This document shows positions 50,258-64,000 of a stretch of 64,000 nucleotides of DNA, in pieces. Under the pieces are notes generated by a model. The model was given only the letters and a program-made list of their open reading frames with translations, searched no databases and was not told the DNA's origin. How positions within the stretch are numbered: the stretch's first letter is position 1; each line of letters opens with the position of its first letter. Position numbers and translations under genes: made by a program. The stretch covers positions 90,176 through 154,175 of the forward strand of contig MU619314.1 of assembly GCA_025201805.1 (NCBI GenBank), given 5' to 3'. This DNA comes from Parasitella parasitica NRRL 2501 (Eukaryota > Fungi > Mucoromycota).

Positions 50258-51520
50258 ACGGTTTTTTTTTATATCACGGTATTTTATGATTGGAAGACTG
50301 GGGAGCTTAATTGTAGGGGGAAAAAAAGAGTTTGTTAGGGATCTCCTTATTTATTTCAACATTGCGAATGTCTTTTCTTCTTTTTCACGTATATCACACA
50401 ACTCATTATATATAATAACTCTTGCTTTTTTACTCACCGAGCCTTATGATACTCTTTTCCCGGGATTCCTTTATAATTTATCTTTTTCATCAATTGTATT
50501 ATAATAAACTTTAAATTTTGAACTATTACTGCTAGTTTGCCTGCTGAAAGAAAATTTTGAGACTTGAGGCTTAACCAACTTTGCATTACATTTAGTACGA
50601 TACTGTTTCAAGATTAAACGTTTGGACGTAATAAGTATGAATTGGATGGTGCAAAATTAACAACCTTTAGAATTTGATAACAGCCATTGAATGGATGTGG
50701 ATACTTGAAAACGCGAAAAATTCTCTTTCTGATGTCTTTAAACAAGATGTTTCGGTACACCCGTAAATGGAAGCCCTATAAACGAAAGGGTATCAAGAAG
50801 ATGCACGTTTTAGATCACTAAATGTTTGATTTAAATATTATCCTCTTGAAGACGCTATAAATGCAATATGGAATGAATATCATCCTTAGAATCACTAAAC
50901 GTTACAATCTTGCTGGAATTCATAATCTTTCTGACCAATTGTGTTGAGAATTGCGCAACATGGTTTCTCAGAGCTCATATTTGCTATCTGACACACTCTT
51001 ATCCAAAACATTGATATTGAAGATATACTGTACAAGGGAAAATGAATGGCAAACTCAATATCTCGCTATTTCTTTGACTGTCTACATTGTATTCCTTTGG
51101 AAAGTGTGGAAATAAGAAATAATTTAACAACCTTCGAGCAAATGCACTCATTGAGCAAGCATATAGATGGTTAATCAATATCCATGATCAACATTTGACG
51201 GTTTAAACCGCCATCGTAGCATTAAGAGGCGGCAAGTATATTCTAGCTATCCTGTGTAAAAGATGCAAGCGTAAAAAGTTTAATTATACTATTTATGAGA
51301 TACATGTGTTGGTATAGTTGAATATTTTGAAATGACACTTTGTTTCACAAAATGGGGTTCTCACATGATAACACCAATTTAAAAGCAAAAGGCGAAGGCA
51401 GAGAAGGGGGTGAAAGAATAAAAGTATAGACTATGTATAACAGGGATAAAAGAATACTAGTATAAAATAAAAGAATGCGTCGTTTTGTTCGATATATATA
51501 CATGTATTGGTGTTTTTGTT

Positions 51521-54500
51521 TTAAATGTATCCAGCATTTTGACGTGGTGGCACCGCTGGCAAAGCCGTATTGGCCATCGTAGCAGCCGTAGTGGTAGTAG
51601 TAGTAGTAGTAGTAGCCGTAGTAGTAGAAGCAGTAGTACTGTTATTATTAGAATATGAAAGAGTAGCATGATCATCATGTCGAGGCTGATAGTTTCCAAG
51701 AAGCGAGCTGAAAGTTTCACCTCTATGAAGTGGAGGTAAATGAATTCGACGGTGATCAGAACTGGTAGAGTTGGCGGAAGGATTCAAAGAAGAGCCCAAT
51801 GATGTGATAGTGTTGCTAGCACTTCCCATAATAGTTTCAATCACAAATAAGGTATCCATATGGTTCAAAATAAACTCAATTGCATTGATTTTATGGTTCA
51901 TTTCCAACAAGTCTCGATTTTCATCCTGATCTCGAAGTAATGTCGGGCCAAATATGACAGCAAGATTCTTAGACGTCATGAGATTTTCCTTTTGTCTGTT
52001 CTGAATCCTGTTCAAATGTTCCATCAAATACTTGAGTGTGTTGAAATTCTCAATAGGCAGAGTTTGAATTAATTGTGTCATTGTCTGTAACTGTTCTGCA
52101 CTGTTTGTGAGCACTAGATTTCAATAATTTTTAGCTTTTCTCCCCCCTCTTTGATTGCATAATGTGAACTCACTCATGGTATCCATAAATTTGGAATGAA
52201 GTTCAAAGGTGAATAAAGGGTTGGGCAATTCTCTGAAATATTGCTTGAGGACGCTTGTAACAGCACATATATCATTCCACTTTTCCTCGTCAATTAAATT
52301 AGGCACTTCACCTTTTTCGAAAGATTGTTGAATTTGCCTCATTTGTCCTACACTACCAGATTTTCGATAAATGCCTTCATAGTCCAAACCTTTATCGCCA
52401 CCAAGAAAAGAAAATGAATACTTCTTTTTTGTAATAACGACTTCGAAATTACCTCTTATTTCGACCGCCTCAATACACTTTTCAACCACAAATGGGATTT
52501 TGCCTCTTTCTGCCTGTATTTGCTTGATTAAATCATTGCCAAACATGTATCTCGCAGTATCTGCGTCTGATCTATTAGAATCCAAACTGTTTTTTCTGTA
52601 GCAAGGTTGTGAGACGCTATAGAGGCATTTTGAGTGACATACAACATCACAGTCTAAAATTAAACCAAAAATATGAATATCTGTAGTAGCCTGCAACGTG
52701 TTTAGTATGTACCTGAGCATTTTAATTCGTTTATTCGCCACATTTTCTCGCCACAAGCACCACATTTGACGGGTCGCAAGAATTTGAACTGTGCAAAGTG
52801 GTGCTTTCCTGGTTTGATGTTCTCTGGCTCCTTTCTAAAAGATTCCGAGACTGGCTCTAGGGACTTTGTGATATTATTGTCATAAGGAGCATCGGTAGCT
52901 ATCCTGCGAGGCACAGAGTTGTTTCTGCCTCTTATAAATTTGAATAGTTTCGGTGCTGCTGATCCATTGAAACTATCTCTCTGTGCTACTTTGGCTGTGG
53001 CGGATGATGTGAAGCTCTCAGATTTGTTCATGTCAGACATTGAGTTGGAGTGAGTGATGCCAATAGATCCAGTGGAGGCGTTTCTTCTGTGTTTCGTACT
53101 GCTGTTATTATTATTTTTGTTGTTTATGTTTGTGCTGCTGCTGCTCTTGCTCATACCAGTGTTGATTTCCTCTGCTGGTGTGGGTAAGAAACTCATACCT
53201 GCAAACACTGCTTTTGCTTCCTGTTCTCTTTCCATGACACGGCGAGATAGATCATTGTTCAATTGAGACAGCTCAGCGTTTTTGGTATTTAGCAATATCA
53301 TGTCGGATATGATATCGTCCCTGCCCTTGAGTAGCTTGGCGTAGCTTGCCTTTGCACTCGCCATGTCTTTTTGCATTGAATCCAGTTGTTGTTGATACGC
53401 ATGTTGCAACCTTTCCCAGTGCAGGTCTTGAGGCTTTTGGCTAGCGAGCATTTTTTCAATATTTTTAGAGTGGTTTTCGAGCTCACAAACTAGGCTATCT
53501 CTCTGCTGTCGAAGATCGTAACAGATTTGTTCTAGATCAGCACGAGTTCGGCTTAGGTCTTCGATTTCTTCTTTACTGTAATGGATAAAATCATGCCCGC
53601 TAAATATAGAAGCTTGTTGATAGAATACAAGCTCGCTTTTCAGTCTGACTATTGCATTCTCTGCTTCTCGCCTTGCTTGAATTTCAGAACCATAGCCTTC
53701 TTTTACCATGTGAAATTCATCCAAGGCCTTTCTACGGATTGTCTACATTTTGCAATGCAAATTAAAATCATGCTACTATGTCCTTCGCCTCCTCAAAGAA
53801 AAGCAATCTATTACCTCGATTTTGATAAATTTACCCTCGACCTCCTTTAGTCGAGATTTTGTCTCGCTTAAATCACGTTTCAATTCTCGAACTTGCATCG
53901 TGTCGTCGTTGCTTTGCTCCGCTTGGTTGGGTTGATCCATTGAATTCCGAAAGGTTTCTTCACTGCTTATTTGGGTCATGAGCATTTCATTGAGTTGTGT
54001 AAGGTCGTTGGAGTCTACAATGGGTGTGCGCAAATTTTCGTTCGTGTATGCGTTTACAATCGATGTGGTAGATGAACTTCTAAATGCATAATGACCAGGT
54101 CTATTAGTCGTGTTGGTGGTATTTACTGAAATAGGGGGCACCAATTTATTGGTGTCATTCGACCTGTTCTGTTGTAGAAGTTAGCTATGCTATGTTTAAT
54201 GCATCTCCACAACATACATTATTCCGTTCGTCTCGTCGTTTTATTCGAAGCAGTTTTTTGGCTTCGTGGCATTTTGTACAGTAAATACCTTTACTGGTCT
54301 GGGTAAACACTAAATCCTCTATTTTCTTACAGCACTGAACGCAGCGAAAACAATCTGCATGATAAGCTTCATCGCCTAGATAGTGAGACAGTGTGAGTTA
54401 CGGCACAGTGATATGTCTAGTTTTGTGTGCGTACCTGTCATAATAGCTTCGTCTTTGATCGTGTTTGAGCATGCATGACAACTGTAAGAACAATCTTCAC

Positions 54501-54768
54501 ATATGGGGCTTCCGTCTCTTAGTAGCAGCAGATTGCTGTAGCATTCTACTAACTTCTGACACTTTGCACAACGAAAGCTGTTCATCATAACAAATGATCA
54601 GTTCCTATCGTTACGATCGTTTTGCAGTTATTTTCTTTACCATTCAAAATGCCAAATACCCTCTCCAAACTGCACAACAGAACCGTCCTCTATAGGTTTC
54701 TGGCAGCCGTGGCAATGAGGGTCTTCGCACTCCTCTCCATTCGAGTTATTCTCGTAATATGAGTCCAT
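51521..54768 (-). CDS. LIM-LIM / coiled-coil / C1 / RhoGAP protein (Rga1-like), multi-exon
   Basis: N-terminal LIM domains (CHGCQKPI..WHFECFRCAKC, CHAC...YHADCFRC), C1 (HHF...KCGACGE...C..C.VVCH.KC), RhoGAP (IPFVVEKCI, GLDYEGIYRKSG, LKQYFRELPNPL, NLMTSKNLAVIFGPTLL). Confidence 0.9.
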
Positions 54769-56263
54769 TGGATCGTATGTTTTACTCTCAAGAAAAGCAC
54801 AGGAAAAAAGGAGGGGAAATAAGAAAAAAAAAAAGAAATGCAGAAAGAAAGAGAAAAGGGGAAGCTATGGGAGGAAGACAGACCAAGAGGAAAAAAGAGG
54901 CTTATTTGTCCATCTTACAAGTAATGCAAAATTCAACGAAATGAGGAAATAGACATCGTGGCAATTAACACTTTTTAATCATTTGCTCTTGCCACATGCG
55001 TATGGCTGTGTGTTTTTAAAAACGAAGTTCGAATTGGTTGCTGCCACAATGAGGTTAATTATTAACTTGCTAATGGGGCCGCCTGTCATTTAGGTGGAAG
55101 CAATATCGTACAAGATGAAGAAAAGCTTACATACGAGAGTGAAGAAACTCAAGATTGTTTTGTAGTGAAGCTTATTTGGCCAATCTTTTGATACATTATA
55201 CTACATTTGGTCCGTGTATCAGTCTTGGGACAATGCCCCTTTGCCAGCACCGGGAGAAACACTGCCCGATTTAGTTGTTATAGTAACTTGCTGTCTTTAC
55301 GTGTAAGTTCTTGGTCCATAAATGATATTCTCACCATATGTCCCTTAGAGCCATGTACTTTATATGAAGGAGACTGCATGGTGTATTCTCTAGAAAAGCT
55401 ATTGGAGCCTCCTTTCCCAAGGATATTTGCAATTTTGGCATATTTGGGTCATACTTCTGCTAAATGCACAGCCTTACCAAATGTTTTCTACAAAAAATGT
55501 TCAATTTGTAGTAATAATAACAAAATCTTATAATGCCACTCTTTTAGGTGCCTGTACACTTATTTTGGTTTTATTGTCATTTTCAATCAATGAAATAAAA
55601 AGGGTTTGTTTATATTGCAGCAAATTATGCATGCAGTGAATCCAATAAACTCTTGTGCACTTTAGATTCTATACTATCAACATGGCATTTGGTGTGATCT
55701 ACACATTTCGTGTGATCATTCCTCCTACTCCGATAGCCTTTTAGAATGCGAATCTTGAATGGCCTAGAACATGTAAAATTATTTACAAATCCCTGTATGT
55801 ATGCTAGCATTATGGAGGAGTGAAAACTACGTGCAAAATCGCGTGATGGTAAAATAGCTCTTTTGTATTGTGCATACAAGACTGTAACTTCCTAGCGCCA
55901 TATTTGACATGTTTTTTATATACACATGAAATACAATGGCAATTCAATATGAAATGTTTGTGGTACATCAATAATCGGTAATATACGCATATTGTATATA
56001 AACTGTTGATGTGGGCCCTCGGGAATGATAACGGGTAACAATGGGACACTATTACATTAAAGACATCTAGACATCCAATTAATAACATTATGATGTTTTA
56101 TATATTTCCAGATTCGTTTAAGGATGCAGTAAGCGCACCAATGCCCTTGGCTTTGAATTACTATCTTTGTTCAGGCTATTGATGTTAGGCTGCCATACTT
56201 CTGGTCTATTCATTGTTAATGATGACCCAGTAAGACGCCAAACTCCATACGTTTCATTGTAGT

Positions 56264-58179
56264 TTATTTGGTAGTCATTTGTTCTGCTACATGCAAAACA
56301 AACTTATCGTGTCCATATTGACCTAATAGTTGTAATCCAATTGGGAATTCATTCTCATCTTGTTCGAATGGCACCGTTATAGCTGGAATACCAGCTAAAT
56401 TAGCAGGTAATGTCATCACGTCATCTATATATTCTTCTAAACCGCCGTTTCCAGTCGTAGAGTCAACTAAATTGGGTGCAGCAGATGTTGCACTTGGAAC
56501 TAGTAAGATGTCTGCGTCGCCATGATTTGCATCACTGCTGTTTAGCAGGTTAGGTTGCGAAAATACTAGGTTAAACTCGTTTTGGATCAACCGTCTTGCT
56601 TTTTGAGCAGGCAAAAATAGAGTTTCAAAAGTGCTTTCAGACGCTGTTAGCAAAGACATAGATATGTACGGGTTTTCATACAACTCACCCAGCTGTTAAT
56701 AAATGTGTTCCGAGCAATATACGTCTCTGCACCTCATGCCCAAAGCCATCTGATCTGGTTGCCTCGTATAATAATTTATGATCTGCTCTATCAACGTCGC
56801 TACTCCGATAGCCTATTGAGAGAAGATTATTTCAGATGGGTGAAGAGGTCCAGGGCTACTTGAAAAAACATTACCATATCGTATACCATCATATCTTGAC
56901 AAGTTGGAGCTTGCTTCCGCCAATGCAATAATATAGTAGGCAGGCAGAGCCAACGACAGATGTGGGATCGAGACAGATTTTATAGTAGCACCTGAGTTCT
57001 TCAGGTGTTCTATTCCTTTCCGCCATACGTTCAGCACTTGGCTAGACAAGGAATCAATATAGAACTCCTGTGGAATGCCAACTACCAGTCCTTTCAAACT
57101 GCCTTGGCTTTTAAATCTAGACAGTTGAGCTTCTTGCTGGTTATCTAGCTGGTTTCTTAATTCGTTTGGTATGGACGTGGGATCTCGGATATCATAGTGT
57201 GAAATGATGTCATACACATCAGAGCAATCTCGTACGTTTTGTGTCAAGATACCAATTGTATCTAACGAGTTTGCATATGCAACCAATCCGTTTCTAGAGC
57301 ATCTTCCGTAGGTGGGCTTAAATCCAACTAATCCACAGTATGATGCTGGCATTCTGACTGATCCTCCCGTATCTGATCCTAACGCACTACGCAACCGTAT
57401 AAATGCGCATTCCAAGCGTATTTCTATATAAAACTCTTACACTGTGCACATTTTCATTGCTACGCTAGCGGCACTTCCACCAGAACTACCACCTGCGGAT
57501 CGTCTCTCTTGTTTGGAATATCCAATTGGATTGACAACAGGCCCAAATACACTGTGCACGTTGTAAGAGCTAATGACAGAGTTAAAGTCATCCTCAGAAG
57601 TAAACCTGCGGGTACTTACCCCATACCAAACTCATCCATGTTTGTTTTACCAACAATCAACGCACCAGCGTCATCTAGAAGCTTTACAACCGTGGCATCA
57701 TATGGTGATGTGAAATCTGCTGGTTTTTAGTGCCTGCTTCTCCGCTGAAAAAATCCATTCGCCCTTACCTCGAAGCATGTTTGATGCACAAGTAGTTGGT
57801 AGAAAACTAGTGCAGATGTTATCCTTGATGGCGATGGTTACGCCATCCATCGGACTGAGTGGCTTCCCTGATTGACACTACTGAATAAAATGCTGACAGC
57901 CATGTAGTCGTTCGTTCTGAATTACCTTGTGATTGTCTTGAATCAGACGCCTTAGCTTTCTCTCGTAGCACAAGTGGATCATTGAGGGATATGAATGCAT
58001 TTATGTCCGGGTTGTAGCGTTCTATTGTGTCAAACGCATTTTTTAGAGCGACTGTTGAAGAATGACGACACTTTAAACGATTAATTTGGATGCACATTAT
58101 ATAACATAGTTCTATAACAGCATACATTTCTAGAGATTCTAAATTGTGAAAGTCTCTTTCTTATAAACCTTGATAACAT
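56264..58179 (-). CDS. HER2: Mitochondrial glutamyl-tRNA(Gln) amidotransferase subunit A (GatA/Her2/QRSL1), multi-exon
   Basis: Transit peptide; IAIKDNICT...TCAS.ML; [12 protein letters not shown]; [10 protein letters not shown]; [18 protein letters not shown]; [16 protein letters not shown]; [10 protein letters not shown]; [13 protein letters not shown]. Confidence 0.92.
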
Positions 58180-58698
58180 GTTGTCAAATTTGAAAAAGCG
58201 TGGTGTGAAACTGCAGCCATCCTTGGGATTTTATCTGACTTGTTTTCAGGCCCTTCTCCAGGCAAAATCTGATCATCCAGTAATATCTCGCTCTAGTTGT
58301 TTGCTATGCAGATCATTTCTAAATGTATAGAATCGATGTAAGGCTGCAACTGCCCCTTACCAGTATAAACAATCTCTTTGTCACATTCAGTCAGTATCTA
58401 TTGAATATATAGGTTATTGTAAACAGGTTGTAACCTTTTGAGCTTGTATAAAGCAAAAACATCGAAACACCTAAAACTGTGAATACAAGGACACGAATAC
58501 CAACAAATCATGTTCTTCTTTTCGTGGCTAATTAGAAGTCCATGTTAACATTTGAATTTATAAATTTTATTTATTATTATAATGATGATGAATTATGCGT
58601 ATAATTAAAGTCTTTAGAAGCGACTAGTTGAGAAATGCCTATACTAAATTCAATATAAAAGTTTTCCCTTGTTCTGACCGAATCAAGTGGTTGTCTCT

Positions 58699-59551
58699 TC
58701 AGGAGTAGTTTCTAGGCGGCACTGGTTTCTTTTTCGGCAGAGGTTTCTTTAGCAGAAGTCTCTTTAGCGGAGGTCTCTTCAGCAGAGGTCTCTTCGGCAG
58801 ATGTGACAGCATCTGTGGTTGATATTTATCAGTAACAGACTCTATGGCAGACCCAGTAGCAGGCTTTGTAGTAGACTCTGTAAGAGATGCAGTAGCCGAT
58901 GTAGTAGCAGTCTCAGTGACAGATGTTGTAGGCCCGGTGGCAGAGGCAGTGGTAGATTCAGTAGCAGAAATAGCTTTAATAGTAGAAGCAGATTCACTCT
59001 TAGTGGTAGGTTCAGTAGTGCCTGAAGGCTTAGCAATGATGATTCTGGTGACAGTATGGTGACCAGACTTGCTTACAACGATAATATTTGCAATCTTATG
59101 GCCATGATGCTTGGTAGTAATAGTCTGGTAGTGCGTCAAGAGCCTTGGTGTTGGTAGCGAAAGTGATAGTCCTGGCCTTATCTCCGTCCTTAATTACAAC
59201 AATAGCCTCGGTGGTCTTGTGGCCATTGTGCTTACTGGTAACAGCCTTGGTAATTGGAGTGCAAGTAACAGTCTTGGTAGTAGGTATTCCAACAGTGACA
59301 GTGGTAGTGTAAGAAACATACTTGCCCTTGGAAATACATTTTGAGCGAGACTTGTAAGAGTTAAGAACGCTCCTCGAGGCTTCACGGGCCAACTTTTCAA
59401 ATCCAGAGAGCTTTAAGAATGAAGCATAAGCAGCATCATTTGCAGAGAAATCCGAGCATCAAGAGCAACAGTGTTACCCGGAACAAGCGGATAACAAAAG
59501 AGCAACATCAGCTAAACTGAGAACAGTGAGGTACAAAGTAGTAGCAACCAT
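58699..59551 (-). pseudogene. Disrupted gene for a secreted Ser/Thr-rich (mucin/cell-wall-like) protein
   Basis: Signal-peptide-like start MVATTLYLTVLSLA at 59551, then in-frame stops or compensating frameshifts at ~59440-59480. Further frame switches at ~59130 and ~58830 lie between homologous-looking segments. Confidence 0.65.
58718..58800 (-). repeat. Coding-type 15-bp tandem repeat (ETSA[E/K] x about 5)
   Basis: Plus-strand units ggcagaggtttcttt / agcagaagtctcttt / agcggaggtctcttc / agcagaggtctcttc. Confidence 0.85.
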
Positions 59552-61423
59552 GACAAACTATTTAGTGACCTGTTCATAGGTTCGATAATTTGATGATCAC
59601 TAGAGAGAGATAATGTTGCCATTTTTTGATTGACTTCATAATCAAAAGTGCCCTGAAAACAGCGGAAATAGCATCGATTGGGAAAGAACTATATTATATA
59701 TGATTTTGGTGCAATTTGGGCATGATTTTTTTTTTGATGCGAAATGACGATTTCTTCGATTTTTTCCTTGCATCCACACATCCAAAATCGTTGATTATGC
59801 ATTATCCTCGATTTAAACCTCAAAATGCAACTTTTTACTATAGCATATATTGGAGGAAAATGATCGTAAAAGACCACTCTTTGATCTGAAAGACTGAAAA
59901 TGCGCTCTGATTAAGCAAAATATTGACTTTTCCCTCTTAAACAGTTTTGGATTTTTCTCAGCGGAATTCCTTTCGTAAGCATATGGGGATTATGAAATTA
60001 TGCCATCGTGTAGAGCGCCCAAAAATACTGCTATTATCATAGACTGACAGCCGTGGTATGCATAGTATAAGAGGATGATATCTTGCCTTAAAAGAGTAAT
60101 TTTTTTTCGAATTGTCCAAATGAAGTTTTTGAAAGAATGTTTTCTTCCTGATTTTGGACCCGTTTAATCTCCGCTATAAAAATGATGTTTTCTTTAAAAA
60201 AGCATTAGCTTTGAGAAAGCATAGCTTACCCAATTCGAGAGAAAAACAACCGCAACCTAGTTTTTTTAAACAATGTGTTTCTTGAATTTCTAATGGTAGT
60301 AATTGCATGTCTGCACCTAACTTGACGAGCTGACGCTCCGATTTTGAAAAATACTTTTCCAAAAAAAGTCAAAAAAGTCGTTACCATCATCTGATGTCAA
60401 CTTAAAAAGTACAAAAACTTGCTCTATGCAAATATTAACTAAAGATGCCTTATAATCTAATGCATTACTTTCCATTACATTTTTTGGGTTCGAAATCGCT
60501 AAAAATTGTTCTCTTACTTTTTTCCGACAATAACACACCAAAGTTCGCGTAGACCTTTAAAAAACAGGCATATAAAATCTATGCTGGCTTTGCAAAGACA
60601 CATACTTTTGAACCCTTCCAATAGTATGGAAAAGATAGGACATTTTTGACTATCTGTTATACTGTGCAACTGGATATCGAGAACCCTGCTTGGTATTTAT
60701 CAGACAAGACCTTGTATACAAGAAGACGCCAGATCAATTGAAGGTATAAGAAAATGACCAAGTTAAGGAAACAATCTGCCATCAGGATAACACACCCATT
60801 CTTAAAAATTTATCTGTAGAGAAATCCATGAAATCCCAAGGACATGAATATATTTATCTTCAACCTTGCTCTCCGTTCCTGAATCCAGCTAAAAGTTTTT
60901 GATCCAATGTCAACAGACACACTTACACCCATATCAATATACAACCGCAAACTTTTTTAAAAACTATCTTGAATTAAAGATGTGATGTAAACAGCTTATT
61001 TCACAACACATTCACTTTGTATTTTACTATGAATAAAATAAAGCAATTACTCATTTTCTTTCAATATGGAAATCCCCGTTTATCTTTTTAGGGAGACATT
61101 TCTCTTCTTTCAGAAAATTCTTAGCTTTTAGCAGAAATAAAAGCTTTATTACCAGAACCCCTAATATATATTATCACAATTACCATGACATTTATCATTT
61201 ACTTTAACTTTTTTTTCAGAAACTGCAAAATGACAGTACATTGCACTGCATGTAATGCTAAACTAGAGGAAGTCTGACAGGTGCAGTCCAGATCCACAAG
61301 TACAGTATGTGACTCTGCAGCAAAGCCATAGCAGACAGTGACTCTATATTTCAGAGGGATAATTTTTTTCATCAACATCAAACAACAGAAAAAACCTCTT
61401 CCTCATTCAAACTAACATATACA

Positions 61424-62587
61424 ATGAGTGTTCAAGGTTTTTGGGCTTTAGCTTGCCATCCTGGTAAAACTTACAGCCAAATTGTTTCTGCACCTTTCCG
61501 TATTGCCATGGTATGTAAAATGAAGTATTAGTTCGCGCAAACAAATGCTGATTTCCTTGCTTGCATTTGCAGGCTTCTCTTACCGAGACCGTCAAGGAGA
61601 ACAAGCGTACATCCATCACTGTTAACGTTGATAACAAGGAATTCGTCCTTTGCACTCTTATCCCTAACAAGGTAAATCAATTTATAAACTGGTCATCTAG
61701 CCGTTAATTAACAGTGAGCGGTTTCGTGATAGATCGAACAACAAGCCTTGGATATTTCTTTCGTTGAAGGCGAGGAAGTTACTTTCGCCATTAAGGGCGA
61801 GAATGTTGTTCACTTGACCGGTAATTATGTCTTCAATGATGATTCGGACGAGGATGATATGCGTTCCGAAGATGAGGATTCGGACGAGGATTACCTGAAA
61901 AACCTCCCTCCTGGCATGACTCAAGAACAACTTCAAGAATACTTGAATCAGCAGGGTGAGTCCGATGATGAAATTGATAGTGATGATATCGTTTCCGCAG
62001 ATGAAATTGAAGAAGAGGAAGAAGAAGAGTCTGAGGAGGAAGCCGAGAAACCTGTTATTAACAAGAAGCGTGTTGCTGAATCAGATTCCAAGGAGCAGCC
62101 TACTAAGAAACAGAAGGCTACTTCTAATGCTGCTGTTCCTGTAAAGGAAGAACCTAAGAAGAAGGAGCAAAAGAAAGAAGATCTTGCAAAGAAGGAGGAG
62201 CCCAAGAAGAAGGAAGAACCCAAGAAGAAAGAGGAACCAAAGAAGAACAAGATCACCAAGCTTCCCAATGGCTTAATCATCGAAGATGTCAAAATCGGTG
62301 ATGGTGTTTCTTGTAAGGCTGGCCAAAGAATTGGCATGCGTTACATTGGCAAACTTACTACTGGCAAGGTTTTTGATAAAAATGTTACTGGTAAGCCATT
62401 CTCCTTCCTTTTGGGCCGTGGTGAGGTTATCAAGGGTTGGGATATCGGCATTGCTGGCATGAAAATTGGCGGCGAGCGCAAGCTAACCATCCCTGCTGCT
62501 TTGGCATATGGTAAGCGTGGTGCTCCTCCTGATATTCCCAAGAATGCTACTCTTGTCTTTGACGTCAAATTACTTAACATGAAGTAA
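61424..62587 (+). CDS. FPR4: Nucleolar nucleoplasmin-domain FKBP peptidyl-prolyl isomerase (Fpr3/Fpr4/FKBP39 family), 3 exons
   Basis: NPL domain (GFW.L..PGK.YSQ, F.I.MASL, FVLCTL.P.KIEQQ.LDI.F.EGE, VHLTGNY), acidic and KKEEP-repeat linker, FKBP domain ([38 protein letters not shown]). Confidence 0.92.
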
Positions 62588-62964
62588 TTGATCCTGTGTT
62601 AATGTAAATATTAAATAAAAGGTTATAATTGTAGAAAAACATGGTTTATTGCTGAACATTGCTACATATTATATGATTTAATGCCATTATATCAGCTAGT
62701 TCAGTATGGTTTAAAAAAATTGGATTAAATCCACCCAAATCATTGAGTATTGAGCATTGCGCCTAGGAAAACTTCAGTGATTTTAGGCTCTGCGAGGCCA
62801 TTAAAGCCAGGTAACACTGGTAAACTTTCAGCGAAACCAGATATGAGCAAAATACACCCATGAGATTTATACATTTGTGAATTGAGTTTATTTCTTCTCT
62901 TTTTTCATGAAAAAAAAAAGGTACAAAGAGGAAGAGGATACGAGTAATTGCAAATCAAATAAAC

Positions 62965-63755
62965 TTAGAATCTAAGCTTACTGAAGAACCACTTATTCTT
63001 GCCAGTTTGATAACGTTCCTCGAAGAGCTTTTTGATAACCTATATTCAAAGCAAATTTATCAGCGAAAGCACTTACATCTACAGAAAATCATGTACAAAC
63101 CTTCTTGGAATCTTCACGTTGGGTAGGTTCTTTGAAAGTTTCGGCAGAGACGGTGCCCTTGATTTGTTCTAATTCCAAACCGTAACTGCAGAAAAACGCC
63201 CAAACATGTTAATTAGGTTTATTTGTTTGATTTTTATATTCTTACCGAGTAGGCATCATATGGTTGTAGTTGACAATCTTAACGAAAGGCTTAACCTTAG
63301 AGCGCTTGGCAGTCTTCTTCTTACCCATAGCCTTAGTGACTTTGAGGGGAGAACGTTCGACACCAGCGACAACAGCATAACCGTAAGGTCTATCTTTGGT
63401 GCCTTCGTCATGGTCTAATCAACGGTAGAATGTCAATATTCCAACATGTGTATCTAAAATCTGCCAAACTCCTAAACAAGAGATTAAGACTAATGCTTAC
63501 TACGAACGACAACAGCCTTCTTGCCAGCGTAACGGCCTTGCAAAATGACAACAACCTACAGAAGCAATATTTAATTGTCTATTCTCAAAATTGCTGCAAG
63601 GCGGATAATACAACACAGAAAAATATTGAACATCGATTTCCAAAAAGTTGTCAATCCATCCGAATATCCATTATTTTCTTGCCTTGTATCCATCCATCCA
63701 ATATCATCTATCGTTTTTCGATACATACTTTACCAGCCTTGATGAACTTGACCAT
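62965..63755 (-). CDS. RPL27: 60S ribosomal protein L27 (eL27), 5 exons
   Basis: MVKFIKAGK|[61 protein letters not shown]|[20 protein letters not shown]. Confidence 0.96.
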
Positions 63756-64000
63756 TATGGGTAGTAGTTTGTAAAGGAAGAGGAGGAACTAGAGCCTTGA
63801 GGCTTCAGGAATCCCCTAATAGCGAGTGTTGCGAGCCAGACATCCGACACTGGGTTTGAACTTTATTTCCTCCATCAATCATTATTTTAAACATGAAAAA
63901 ATTTGGCTTTCTTTCGCATGGTAAACACTACCCGTACTTTAGCAAATTCATCGCGACCTGGACTTTCCAGTTCGCCCTCTCCAACTATCAAACCTAACGT

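Overview
Eukaryotic, AT-rich, gene-dense fungal DNA with many short (about 45-70 nt) GT-AG introns. Gene content and intron style suggest Mucoromycota/Mucorales, which is my inference. The window opens with a head-to-tail nitrate reductase + NAD(P)H nitrite reductase pair whose upstream regions are dense in GATA sites. Conserved housekeeping genes follow: MDM1/SNX13-like, TRM10, AOS1/SAE1, RBX1, FMP32/CCDC90, OPI1-like, RPL7, SYG1/XPR1, DIS3L-like, an F-box/LRR gene, TFC6-like, a thioesterase, an elongase, a LIM-RhoGAP, GatA, FPR3/4 and RPL27. Signals the ORF track misses: (1) a 4-exon ZMAT5 (U11/U12-20K minor spliceosome protein) gene; (2) a canonical AT-AC U12-type intron in the DIS3L-like gene, so a minor-spliceosome component and a substrate sit in the same window; (3) a box C/D snoRNA in an RPL7 intron with a guide for the LSU rRNA Gm805-equivalent site. 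Also notable are a stand-alone HDAC6-type ZnF-UBP protein, a pepsin-family protein with both catalytic motifs degenerate, and a frameshifted secreted Ser/Thr-rich pseudogene. There is one 170-nt assembly gap. All exon boundaries were read by eye and family assignments are from motif recognition, not database searches.
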